This document shows positions 22,178 through 34,200 of a stretch of 64,000 bases of DNA, one piece after another (the stretch's first letter is position 1; each line of letters starts with the position of its first letter). Location: positions 39,184,001 through 39,248,000 of the forward strand of contig OZ038379.1 in NCBI GenBank assembly GCA_964036045.1. Direction: 5' to 3'. The position numbers were made by a program, and so were the translations under genes. The notes under the pieces were generated by a model. The model made no database searches. It worked only from the letters and a program-made list of their open reading frames with translations, and had not been told where the DNA came from. This DNA is from Eutreptiella sp. 'Long Island Sound 2002' (taxonomy: Eukaryota > Protista > Euglenida).

Positions 22178-24390
22178 TTGTCCCGCCGCGGGGGGCCGTC
22201 TACGTGGGCGTGGCGCCGACGGGCGTGCGAGCCCCGTTGGTCGTCCACAAAAGGTGTCTCGGAAGGGGGGAGGGGCCCGAAGTGTCTCGCCCGGTGGGAG
22301 GGTCGACAGGCGCCGAAGCTGGAGCCCGTGGGGTGGCGTGGAAGTTCAGACCGCGCGGGGAGGACAAATGCAACCCCATCTCCCTCTGAGGGCGCTGCAT
22401 CCCGCGGGGCTCGGCAGGGATCGGACTAGGCGACCATCTGGCCGGAGGACCCCAGGGACTGCCAAACAATCACAACGGTGGATCTTCCGCTGACCCCGGA
22501 GTCCTTCCGCCGGCTGGTATGCTAGGCCGCCGGATCGTTCGTGATCAGTCCCCGCTAGGCCATGTGGTGCAGCCCGACGGCCTGCGGCCGCCGTTGTTTC
22601 GCGGGGGGGTTCGGGGAACCTCTTTTCCTGCTCCTCCTTCGCGTATAGTCAGGTAAGCCGGCGTGGTTGTCCGTGGCCCTCAAAACTAGGGTCCGCCTCC
22701 TGATGCAGAGGACACACGTCTTTTTGCTGAGGGCCTTTGTCACGGCCGAGGATTTTCGGCTCCCTGATACAGTGAGCATTTCTCTGTGGATTCTCGGTGA
22801 GCTTCAGCCGGAGGGTTGGGCCAGCTTGATGCATGTCTCGACATCCCCCAAGCCAGTCCTGCAAGCGCCTGATCCCGAGGTGGCGGCTCGGGGGTTGGGA
22901 TATATAGGGACATATTGCATCTCGGACGCATTATGGGATGAGGTTGTGGGGGAGGGGGTGGATGTGGAGCGGTTGGCTTCGGAGTTTGCACCGGAAGCCC
23001 CCCCCCCCCCACCGACAGTCCTCCACAGGCGTGAGACGGACCCGCTGATGGAGCCCATGTTGCGCTCCCTGTAGGTGGGGGGGGTGGTGGAGAGGGTGGT
23101 GGAGGACCCTGGGCGGCCCGCCACGTGCTGGCCCTTCATTATCCGGAAGTCCTCGGAGAAGGTGTCGGTAATTTTCCACTTGGTAGACTTCAACGACACC
23201 ATGCCCCGCCCTGCACGTTTTTCGTTGTGTAGCTGGGAAAACATGGCGGATCGCCTCAATGTGTGGCCGCCGCGTGAGCCCGTTTATTGCACGCACATAG
23301 ATTTGAAAAACGCCTTCTGGTCGTTTGTATTGCCGCCGAAGGCGGCGCGGGCATTCTTGTTTTGTTTTCGGCCGGGAGGGGGGGCTCGGGTCATGTACGG
23401 CATGTGCCGCATGCCGTTTGGGTGGGAATTCTCCCCGCTGCTGTGCCCATTGGCTTTGCAAAAGGTGATCGCGGGACTTGTCCCGCCGCATATGATGATC
23501 TTCCATTATTTGGATGATTTTCTTTTGATGGGCGGGTGTCCCGCTGAGCTTCGGGAGGTCACCCGTTGGGTGGTGGATGCGTTGAAAGCGGCAGGATTTT
23601 TGGTGTTGCCCAAGTCTGTCCTGGAGCCCACGAGGCGCAGTTTCTTCTTGGGGAAGCATATTGACACACGGGCGCGACGCATTTGGTCCCACCCGCGTGC
23701 GTATTTGCAGATGGTTGCGCAATGGCTGCGTCTGGCGATGGCGGCCCACCCGCACCCCCGTCATTTGAATAACGTGTCAAGTTTTTTTCAATGGCATGTG
23801 CGGCCGCGTAGAGGCATGGGCCCATTTTTGGCTAGAGCTTACTGCTGGCAGCGGTGATGAGCCGTTGGGCAACCGGTCCCTCTTAAGGTGCTGCACGGGT
23901 TGGCCACCGCGATAGTTTTTGCTATGGAGCCACGGTCTCCGCCTGGTACCCTGCGGTGGTCCCTGAAGTGTGCTCTGGGTTGCCCGGTAACACTTAGCCG
24001 CCATGCGTTCGCCACGGCTTGTTTATGCCTGGTAAGCACGACGTGCGGTCTGTGGTTATCCCACCTAGTCGGCATACTCAGCACAGTGCGGAGCTGTGGG
24101 GGTTGTGTTGGGCTGTGAGACCAGCCAAGTGGTTGGGTTGGAGGTTTTTGGTTTTGGTGACCGATTCGCAAGTGGCGGGGGAACAGATGGTGTCGCTGCG
24201 CGCGCGCACTTGGCTGCACAGGCACAACAAGCTCTTGCGGTCCACTGTTATCAGGATGATGCAGCGTGGGCTGGTAGTGGGACTACATTGGGTGTCCACG
24301 GAATTTCAGCCGGCAAATCCACCGAGTCGCCTTGATGCGGCGGCGTGCTCGTCCCCGTTGCATGCTTTGCGTTGGGCAGAGTTCCGCTAG
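22178..24390 (+). pseudogene. DIRS-type reverse transcriptase plus RNase H (copy 2)
   Basis: HIDLKNAFW, RMPFGWEFSP, HYLDDFLL (23507-23518); RNase H AELWGL/VTDSQVA/QPANPPSR. Several stops. Confidence 0.92.
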
Positions 24391-25190
24391 AGCATTGTGC
24401 GTGCGCGCGTGCCGGGTCTGATGTGCTTAAGGTGGTTTGGTTGCCAACGTGCAAGACATTTGTGGGCGACGGGTGCCGCGGGTCTTGGGGAGGTAGGGGT
24501 GAGGCGACCAGCTGGCCGGGAAGCCCCGGGAACACCAAACAAACACAACGATGGTTCCCCCGCCGGCTGTGGGGTCCTTCCGCCGGCTGGTATGCCGGGC
24601 CCCTTTGGGCATTCGTGGTCCCCCCCCCCGGGGCCTGCTAGTGCGGCCCATGTGCCGGTGCCATGTTTCAGGTCCACTGTTGTCACAATGACGCGGTGTG
24701 GGCTGGTGATGGACTGCATTGGGTATCCACGGAACTTCAGCCGGCAAATCAGCCGAGTCGCCTTGATGCGGCGGCATGCTATTCCCCATTGCATACTTTG
24801 CGCTTGGCACAATTTCGATGGGGCGTTGTGCGTGCGTGTGTGCCGGGTCCTGATGTGCTTGGGGTGGCTGCGATGTGAACATGCGGGGCTTTGTGGGCGC
24901 TGAGTGCCGCGTGTCCCGGGGGAGGCAGGGGTTAGGCGATCGACCATATGCCGGGGGGGGGGGGGGGGAGAACACCAAACAAACACAACGCTGGTTCTCC
25001 CGCCGACTTTTGGGTCTTTCCCCCGGGTGGTATGCCGGGCCCCATTGCGCGTTCGCGGTTAGCCTGCCCCCGGGCGTGATGGTGCGGCCCGTGTGCCGGT
25101 TCCATGTTTGGTGGGGGTCGCGAGGGTGTGTGGGGACCAGGGGGAGGGGTACCGAAGGTGATTTCGATCGTGAGTTGTTGCTTGTGTGAA

Positions 25191-25312
25191 CTTCTGTGTG
25201 CCCCTGTTTTTCTGGGTGGACAGTAGTGCACAACCCCATCTGTGTCTCTACCGCAGTTCTGCGAAATTTTCATTTGCTGCTCCTCCGCCCATCCGTCGGC
25301 ACAGCCATTATG
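25191..25312 (+). promoter_or_regulatory. Leader L, plus-strand copy 2
   Basis: ccccatctgtgtctctaccgcag| (AG 25255-25256), ATG at 25310. Confidence 0.55.
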
Positions 25313-26092
25313 CCCCGCGCTGCTTCTTTGCCATGCTGTCGCCCGCTGCCCCCGAGGGCGCCGGCTATCGCCTGCTGGCGCCAGTCGCTGGAGCAGCTCT
25401 CGGCGCGCGAGCAGCTGGTCCACTACTTCCGCTTGTGGTTGAGGGAGTTCACCGCCAGCTTGGGGGGTCGGCCGCGGTCAGTGGCGCGTCTCCGTGATTC
25501 CGCGTGCGCCCTCTTCGTGTTCCTCACCGTGCGACCGGGGCTGCTGCAGCTGGTGGCGACGGGTCTCCGCCCGTTTGCCTGCCTGAGCCGCACCGGCCAT
25601 GGGTTGGCCTTTAGCCCTGGCTGTGGTCCGCACGCCCTTGCAGGGCCGCTTTGGGGGGCCGCATTGCGCGGGTCCGAGGGTGCACATGCGTGTGGCCGGG
25701 AGTGCGGCGGTGTTGGAGCGCCACGTCTCCCCGCTGTGGGACCAGACCCTTGTCCCACAGCGTCGTGCGGCGGACTGAATGCCGCAGATCTGGTGGGACA
25801 GGCCTGCCGACCGCGTGTTCGTGGTGTCGGGTTGGTTGGAGGTGCGGTGTTTGGGGTAGGTAGGGCACTTCGTTGGGCTGACCTGGGACGGGGAGGTGCC
25901 GTGCCCTCGCTTTGGGCTTGTGCGGGTTGGGGATGTGGAGGAGGCGGCGCACAAGATCCTGCGGAGGATCCCCCGTGTGGAGGAGTTTTGGTTTTTCCTC
26001 ATGCCGCCGCCGGGCGCCGTTGGCGATTGGCCGGGCGCGCAGCCCCTACCCCCACACACTCCATGATGGGAGCCGCGAGTAGGTGGTCGTAG
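25310..26092 (+). CDS. Unidentified ORF directly after leader L
   Basis: Open frame from ATG 25310. The N-terminal WRQSLEQLSAREQLVHYFRLWLREF looks protein-like; the rest is GC-rich and unconvincing. Confidence 0.25.
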   Translation: MPRAASLPCCRPLPPRAPAIACWRQSLEQLSAREQLVHYFRLWLREFTASLGGRPRSVARLRDSACALFVFLTVRPGLLQLVATGLRPFACLSRTGHGLAFSPGCGPHALAGPLWGAALRGSEGAHACGRECGGVGAPRLPAVGPDPCPTASCGGLNAADLVGQACRPRVRGVGLVGGAVFGVGRALRWADLGRGGAVPSLWACAGWGCGGGGAQDPAEDPPCGGVLVFPHAAAGRRWRLAGRAAPTPTHSMMGAASRWS

Positions 26093-27749
26093 GCTCTACC
26101 GGGCGGCCATCACAACGGCGGCTGATTGGCTGGCCCACTGCACGCCTGTCCGTGGCTTTGTTGATGTTGTGTGTCCCTGTTCACCAATGCGCCGTTGATG
26201 ATTATGGAAGTCCCGACTCTCCCTCGGTTTCTATTTTTTTTGCCCCTTTTTGCAATTTGTGAGCCGCCCTAGATAAACAAACACAACGGTAGTCACCCTG
26301 CTGACCAAGGCGCTCACGTATTGTTGCCTTTTCTTTCCTTCAGTGAGCGGCACAAGGGTTTTGGCCGCTGTCTTTGGCTTTCTCTTGCTTCGTTGCACTA
26401 ATTGGGTTGAGGCGCCGGCTCTCGCCCCACTGTTTGATTGCGACGCTGGGTTTATTTCGTGACGTCGCAATGACCCTTTGCAAGGTCGCGACTTGCGTTG
26501 GACTCTGGGGAGCGGCGTTGTCGCACTTCGGTGGTTTGTAGTTTGTACGATTAACGAAGGGTTTTCGGTGACATGGTGCATACATGAGGGTTCCCTCGGA
26601 CGGGCTGGTTGGGTCCTGCGGCTGTGACTGCAGAGTCGGCATTGCTGAGGGTGATGGTCGGTGGTGTGAGTCACAGGGAACCAGTCTATTGTGTTGCCCC
26701 TCGGGGGCTCGCTGGCTTTGCGGCACGTTATACAGTACTCATCCATGGCACACGGCCATAGTGCTCTCTCAGACTGCCTCCAAAGGTGAATTCGAGCCTG
26801 AGTCGTTGCTTATGTGAACCTGCAGCTCCGGGGGAAGCTGCAGGATGCACAACAGGAAGCTTAGTGGGCCACGGATGCAGCGCAGGCTGCGGAGAAGGAG
26901 AGGGACCCGCTTGGCACGCGGGTGAAGGACCTGGAGCCACGCAAACCAAAGTGACCTGCACAGCAGCAATAACAGCAGCAGCAACAGCAGGATCAGCAGG
27001 GGGTGGGGACGGAGGGGGGGGAAGGGGGAGGCCTTGCAATACCTCTTTGGTGCTGCCGAGGAAGGCCGACAGCAGGCACATGCCGCCAAGAGCCATCTGT
27101 TTTTGATTTGTACGACAGTGCGATTGTTGCTGTCGCAGCGAGGGACCACGTGGCCCACTCTAGAAAATGTCCTCCCCAATCATGGGGAGACAATGACAAC
27201 CCATGGCAGTGTGGCCTCCAAGTACCCCACGGACACCATGGTGAAGGCTGCCTGCACCCCCGATTGCACCATCCACAAACCCTTGCGGGATCGGGCACGG
27301 GTTGCAAGGGGGGCTAGGATTCCCCGTAGCGCCTTTCTAACCTTTCTGTGTCCGTTTGAATAGTGTTGCGAAGATTGGCAACATTGTAGAATATCACGCA
27401 TTACTTTTGTGAACAATGTTGCGAAAATCGCGCGAAGGTCGCCCGATTTTCGCGCGAGTCACACTTCGTGTGCACTGCGTCTTCTGTGCCCACGTTGCTT
27501 TCAGTGTGCGAACTTCTCGCGATTGTCGCGTGATGTTTGAAATTTTTTTTCGTTCATTCCCGGATGGTTGTGCATTGCATTTGGAGTGCACTGCAAACTG
27601 CCACAGGCCGCAACTTGCATCAATATCAAGTGAGGTGCAGTGTTCCATTGTTTGTTTTTTTCCAATGTTGTGTTATTCTCATGCCCTGTGGCAGTGGATC
27701 CAAGGGAACGAGCCCCTTCTCCCATGTCAAGTTGAGACAACACTAGGCA

Positions 27750-28560
27750 CGCCGACTCCAATCGTTGGAGGATGTCGTCTCCCGGGAGCTAGGTGCATCC
27801 TACACGGGTTGGATGACACCATCCACGGCCGGTGGGGTGTGGTGCTCCCAATGGCAGCGATGTATCGACACATTGCAGCCGACCACCGCATTCCGGGCTA
27901 CGAATTGCACGGGGTGTTGTTTGTCATTAAATGTGGTATATGTGGCATGCTCGACGCAGTGGCGGTAGCAACGGGCAAGTCCGCCGCTATCGTTGTGCGC
28001 AATTTGTTTCAGCCCATTCTAGATGTTGCCCGCATTCAAGCACAGACGGTAACGAAGGGGAGGTTGAACAATGACCAGGCAAGCGGGAAGGGAAACGTTA
28101 GGTTGGAGTGTGCCAACCATTCGTTTTGCCATGCATTCACACGCCTCGTGGCAAAGTTATGCTGCCACTCCCTACAAACATTATCCTATAGTGTGCCGCC
28201 CACCCGCTTGTTGTTCATCCCCCCCTCCTCAATGCATATCAAAATGAGTGCCTCCCACCACCGGATGTGCATGAATTGCACAGCAAGGCTTCGCGACTGG
28301 AGCATATGAATGGGCAAGACCCACTTAGTGTTTCAGTGGCCTAAGCTGCTATGGTCACATCTGTGCATTGACCACATGTATTTCTTTGCCCGCAACCGGA
28401 GAATCCTCTCCAAATTTTCATGCTTTGCCATGGAGGGCGGCCACCGTCCGCTACAGCGCCTGCTGCGCAATGGCGGGGGCCGACGTCTCCAGCATGGCCG
28501 CCTAGCTGTGCAGGCTGTGGTGGACAACCACACCATAGATGACAGCCTCTGTGGAGAGGG
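27750..28560 (+). pseudogene. Divergent relative of the same DDE transposase family
   Basis: ORFs 27416-28309 and 28310-28951 are one frame split by a single TGA. They contain IAADHRIPGYELHG, ILDVARI and LWSHLCIDHMYFFARNRRILSKFSCFAMEGGH (H-x4-H-x19-E, E 28433). Confidence 0.6.
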
Positions 28561-30184
28561 GTGGGATGTTACAGAGAGGTCCATGCGTGGACAAGGCGGT
28601 GTGCCCTCAAGAGGGTACTTAGTGACCTCTATGTACAAGTCCTCCCATAGCGTTTCAGACGCCGCCCCAAGTGGCGGGCCTAGGACATTCGGACATGGGA
28701 TCATAGGTTGTGGTGGCTCTATGTACTTGAGTTGGTGCACGCCACACAGTGGTGGTGCGCGCATGCGCGAAGATGAATGCGAAAATGACGCGATTTGGGC
28801 GCGAATTTGCTGCATATTCACGTTCGCATTGCCGCCGCATGCACAGGGAAAGCCCGCGGTAGGATTGGGGCATTTTGTGGGGCACCGTGGCACCGTGGCG
28901 TGTGAAAAAGGGGCCGTTTCCTTTGATGGGCACCCGGATTTTTTTTTGTGAATTTTTGGAACTATTGCTATCACCCCACTCTGTGAAAATAGTTGTTCCC
29001 GGTGAGAATCGTTCATTTGTGCACCAATGTTCGCGCGAATTTCCCTCCCCACTCCAAAGTTCTTTTGCCGGCCGTTTGCAAAGGGTACATGCGGGTGCAA
29101 CGACGAGTTGAGATGTAATGTGTTTTTGCCACCGGTGCGAGTTTTGGTGAGGTTGGGATGTGTGCCAAAAGAGTGGGTTCCGGCATTGGAACCCTCGTTG
29201 GAACCCCCTTCCAACGCTGCAACGGTTCATTGGAAGGGGGTTCCAACCGGGGTCGGAGCGCTAGAAGGGGGCGTAAGACTTTGCTGCAAGCCCGCAAGAA
29301 GGGGGTTCTCGCACTATTTCTAGCACTTTTTGCGTGCCCAAGTGCTCTACAAGAACGGGGTGACCACGAACACCCAAGATTTGTACCAGCAAGGGGGTCA
29401 TAGTGCAAGACATTTGGGGGTCGGTTGGGTGAAGGCAACGACTTTTGCATAAGAAACTAGCATGTGCTAAAATTTAGTGCTAGAAGGAGGGGGTTCGAGC
29501 GGAGCGCTTCTAGCGGCCTACCCCATAATTGGCGCCTATGGTAGCTCCACTAGGGAGGAATTGGCTATTCTTGGTCCAGGTGGTTTGCCTCAGAAGTTGT
29601 AATTTTTTGGAAGAGCTATCGCAACCAATGGGTGGCAGTGGGCAAGGCTTCACTGATTGTCTAGTGACTATGGCGACACCTGCAAACCTGTGGGGATTCA
29701 TGCAGCACGAATTAGGCCTCTCTTTAGTCTTTTTCTGCTAGGTGAACCACAAACAGTCAGCATGGGCTAACAAGCAGGGCGGGGGGGGGGGGGGGGGCAA
29801 AGTTTAGTTTTCCTATTATGGCCACTGTGCGTCGGTGTGCATGCTAAATGTATTGAATTTTATTCCACCATGTGGATTACTTGACCACTGGCTATGGAGT
29901 TCGGTTTCCGGGTACCCACCAATTCTTTGGCCATTTTTGGCTTGCATTGGTTGTTTGGAAAATCACAACGTTTGGGTATCCTGTGATACCTATTTGATGG
30001 TTTTGGTACCGTGTAGCTCCTTGTTGGTGTATATGGGCCTTTGCAAGGGTCAGTTGGGGCCCTGCAACCCCATGTTTGTCGCTACAATTTATGACAAAAC
30101 ACCAAGGCCAATTGGTGGTACATTGATAGTCTTTGCGAGATGGAGGTGACAAAGGCACGCACAACGTGCCCAGCTTTTGTCAAA

Positions 30185-31235
30185 CTGCCCCCCAAAAAAG
30201 AATGGGCCCTATCCTCGACTACTAGCCTCCAATGAGAAATCTAAGGGCACCCTAGTCCACCCGCAACCTGCACCGTTTTGTGGTTTCCAACCTTTGGAAT
30301 GGCCCAACGGGATGCCTAGACCCCCGTCGCAGTGGTCCCTTGATGGAGCCGCAGGGTAGCCGAGGCCGCCCACGGTGGGGCACCAGGGTCCCAGGCACGT
30401 AAAAAATATTTTTGTCCAAAGTTGTTCCTAGGCCACTTGGGGTGCTCAAACAAGTGTTTTTGGCCCGTTTTGAGCCCATGGCGACACGTTTTGGCCAATC
30501 GATAGTGCCAAAATGCCTTTCAAATGGGCCATTTTTGGACCACAAATGGGTCAAACATGGGTCAAAAATGCATGTTTCGAAAAGTAATGGTCGACCATTC
30601 CGGATGCCCAAACAAGTGTTTTTAGCCCATTGCGCGCCCGTGGTGACGCATTTTGGCCCCTGGAAAATCCACAAATGCCTTCAAAATTTTCCAATTCAGG
30701 TAGGTGGTACCCTTGCCAAATCAAAATGACGAGCCAAAACTCACTAGTGGCGCCCCGGGGCGCTAGTCTCCTCTTAAATCTAGCTAGCAACAAGCAAGTA
30801 AGCAAGCACATCACCTTTCCGTTTTGGCCGTTACTCCGTCCCAACGCCTCATATCCCTCTCTAATCTAGCGATTCTAGAGCCTAGGTGGTAGGCCTTGCC
30901 GAATCCAAGTTTTGAGCCAAGAATGCACCGGTGGCGCCGTGGGGCGGGGGGGGGGGGAAGTCGGGAGGTCCCCTCGCAAAACTGCGCATTTTGTGCCCGA
31001 AAAAAAGCTTTTTTTTACCAACACGGCCTTGGAACCCGGTTAAAACGGCCAAACGAAGGGAAGCGGTGATTGCATTGCACTTGCGCCTTGACTTCCTCGT
31101 GGCAAAGAGCCCTTTCTTGGCCTGTGTTTCCACGACATGGCCGAGCAACAGCCCGAACATGGCCAAAAATGCCCTAGAACGTGCGCACATTGTGTCGCAT
31201 TGCCCCAAAACCAAGAATCGGCCAAATCTTGGGGT
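30185..31235 (+). mobile_element. Head-to-tail junction of two partial copies of the same Helitron-like repeat
   Basis: 30185-30700 matches 12960-13460. The palindrome gcgccccggggcgc+TAG ends at 30766. 30767-31235 begins tctcctcttaaatctagc and matches 12509-12990. Confidence 0.45.
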
Positions 31236-31249
31236 ACCACCCACTTTTG

Positions 31250-34200
31250 TGAGCAGCATTGTATAATAACCAAGACAACCTTGCGGTCTTCTCCTCTTTT
31301 ATTGAATGTGCTAGTGGGGGCGCCACACCATAGTATCCCCAATGGACATCCGTCATGGGGCTAGGCTCTGCAGCTTGCGGTCTGCTTCTTGGTTGCCATG
31401 GACCATCCGGCTTTCGTTAAGATTCCTTGCAAATTCTACTCTCTATGTGCCCCTTATTGATTTGGACTTGCTCCTCAACTTCAGGTTGTTGTGCCTAAAA
31501 CCTACCTACACCCAAACAACCAATAGCACAATGTCCCTGACACCTTGTTGCACGGCATTGTCATGCTGGGCCCAAAAAGGAGGTTTTGTGGTCATAGTTT
31601 GGATTTCTTTTTGGACCTTCCTCTATTCGTTTTGGCTGCTCTAACAAGGGGCACTTGGCGGAGGCTTACGTAATTTTCTTACTAAGTGTTTAGAGCAATG
31701 GTGCAAGGGCAGTGACCCTTGGTGGCCCTATCCTAGCAGTACCAATTTGAGCCAGCCCTCATGTGAATGGGGCTTTCAAGGGTGTACGTACACAAAGTTG
31801 TTGTTCCGATTGATGAATATGGATCACCAAAAGGGTCTGCAAGGCAACAGTGGTTGACACCCCTCCCCGTGTAGTGGGACAATCATTTGGTCTAGATTGA
31901 GCCGCTCCAAAGGTTTTCGTGTACCCCTTACGTTGCTCGAACCGCTCGTTCCAGGTTGCTTGGATCGCTTTTCACCCTTGGCATCTTAAGAAACCTTCAC
32001 AAAATCAACATGAAATGAAATAGGGCCTTTATGGCACAAAATTACCATTGGAAACATGGCTTTTTGAGCAATGCCATCCAATGCCCTTTGGGATGCTACA
32101 ACAAAATGCCGTTTCACCAATGAAGGTTCGTTTCTTGTCTTTCTAATACGTGGATACATTGTTCGGTGCGAAAAGACCATGCAATGTACACCGTGCCAAG
32201 TGGTGATTCGGGTGATGAGTGTGCAATGTCCAGAACACACAATGCACAACGCATAGAGTGGGCAATGCACAAAGTGCACACCTTGCATCAATCACCACCA
32301 AGGATGCATAGTGTGGATTTCTTTAGTTTTTGGTACTAAATGACGCTCATGCGTCTTGCTTTGACACTAAATGGGACACAACGTACACATTGCGCACTCT
32401 GCACACTATGCATGTGGTACACATCGCAATGCAGACTCTTTGCGATGTGCACTTCATGCAACCCATAGCATCCCAACTACTGCCACACCACTGCCATTTC
32501 GACACAACTACGTTGGCGGGTGGGTTTTGCCATTCCACCACTAAGTTGTCCATCACCCGTACCATTTGTTGCTCAATATTCATGTGATTTCATACTGCTA
32601 TAGATGAGCCACCAAAATTGTGTGGTAACCAACTCACCCTTGCAGTCTTTGCCTCTTTTGTGGAATCTGCGACTGGGGTTGCTACACCATGGTGTCTCCA
32701 ATCGGACATCCGTCATGGGGCTAGGCTCTGCAACCTACCGTGTTCTTCTTGGTTGCCATGGACCATCCGGCTTTCGTCAAGATTCCTTGGCAATTCTACT
32801 CTCTATGTGTCCCTTATTGATTTGGACTTGCTCCTCAACTGCAGGTCGTTGTGCCTAAAACCTACCTACACACAAACAACGAATAGCACAATGTCCTCGA
32901 AACCTGTTGCACAGCATCGTCATGTTGGACCCAAAAAGGAGATTTTGTGGTCATAGTTTGGATTTCTTTTTGGACCTTCCGTTCTTCGTTTTGGCTGCTC
33001 TAACAACGGACACTTGGCGGAGGCTTACGTAATTTTCTTGCCAAGTGATTCAAGGAGTGTGCCACTTGTACTCAAACAACGGTGCACTACACGGGGAGGG
33101 GTTTCAACCATTGTTGCCTTGCAGACCCTTTTGGTGATGGATATTCATCAATCGGAACAAGAACTTTGTGTTTGTACACCCTTCAAAGCCCCGTTCACAT
33201 GAGCGATGGCGCAAATTGGTACTGCTAGGATAGGGTTACCAAGGGTCAATAATTGTGTGTAGAATGATCCGTTCCAAAGTTCTTCTTGTACCATTCGGGT
33301 TGCTCAAACAACTAGTTTGAGGATACTTGGTTTCACCCTGGGCGGCTTACCAAACCTTCACAAAATCAGCATGAAATGAAAAAGGGCCTTTACGGAACAA
33401 ACTTACCATTGGAAACATGGCTTTTTGAAAAATGTGATCCAATGCCCTCTGGGATGCTACAACAAAATGCCGATTCACCAATGAAGGTCCGTTTCTTGTC
33501 TTTCTAATACGTGGATACATTGTTCGGTGCGAAAACACCATGCAATGTACACCGTGCCAAGTGGTGATTCGGGTGATGAGTGTACAATGTCTAGGACATA
33601 CAATGCACAACGCATCGAGTGGGCAATGCACAAAGTGCACAGCTTGCAACACACACCATCAGGGATGTATAGTGCGGATGTGTTTAATCTTTGGTAAGAA
33701 ATGAAGCTGATGCCTCTTACTCTGAGGGTGAATCAAACATAACATGGATATTGCGCACTCTGCACACTATGCACATTGTGCCTAAAACCTACCTACACCC
33801 AAACAACCAATAGCACAATGTCCCTGAAACCTGTTGCACGGCATTGTCATGCTGGGCCCAAAAAGGAGATTTTGTGGTCATAGTTTGTATTTCTTTTTGG
33901 GCCTTCCGTTCTTCGTTTTGGCTGCTCTAACAAGGGGCACTTGGCAGGGGCTTACGTAATTTTCTTACCAAGTGATCCAAGGAGTGTGCCACTTGTACTC
34001 AAACAACGGTGCATTACACGGGGAGGGGTTTCAACCATTGTTGCCTTGCGGACCCTTTTGGTGATGGATATTCATCAATCGAAACCACCACTTTGTGTAT
34101 GTACACCCTTCAAAGCCCCATTCACATGAGGGGTGGCGCAAATTGGTACTGCTAGGATAGGGTTACCAAGGGTCACCACCTATGGGTCAATAATTGTGTC

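Larger units (their letters stand above)
16146..25312. repeat. Copy 2 of the ~9 kb composite duplicated block
   Basis: Collinear with 1-8877; the same ORF relics recur in the ORF track (e.g. 435/16605, 6845/23287, 7446/23888). Confidence 0.95.

Noticed and set aside
26101-26131. GC box plus reverse CCAAT box
   Set aside because: Short motifs expected by chance in GC-rich DNA, with no supported gene to assign.
26231-27307. Minus-strand ORFs with CxxC..H and Pro/Ala-rich segments
   Set aside because: No consistent frame or recognisable domain.
29835-30150. VWVSCDTYLM and PCWC could be another transposase D motif
   Set aside because: Only two short motifs in different frames, with no downstream H or E motifs.
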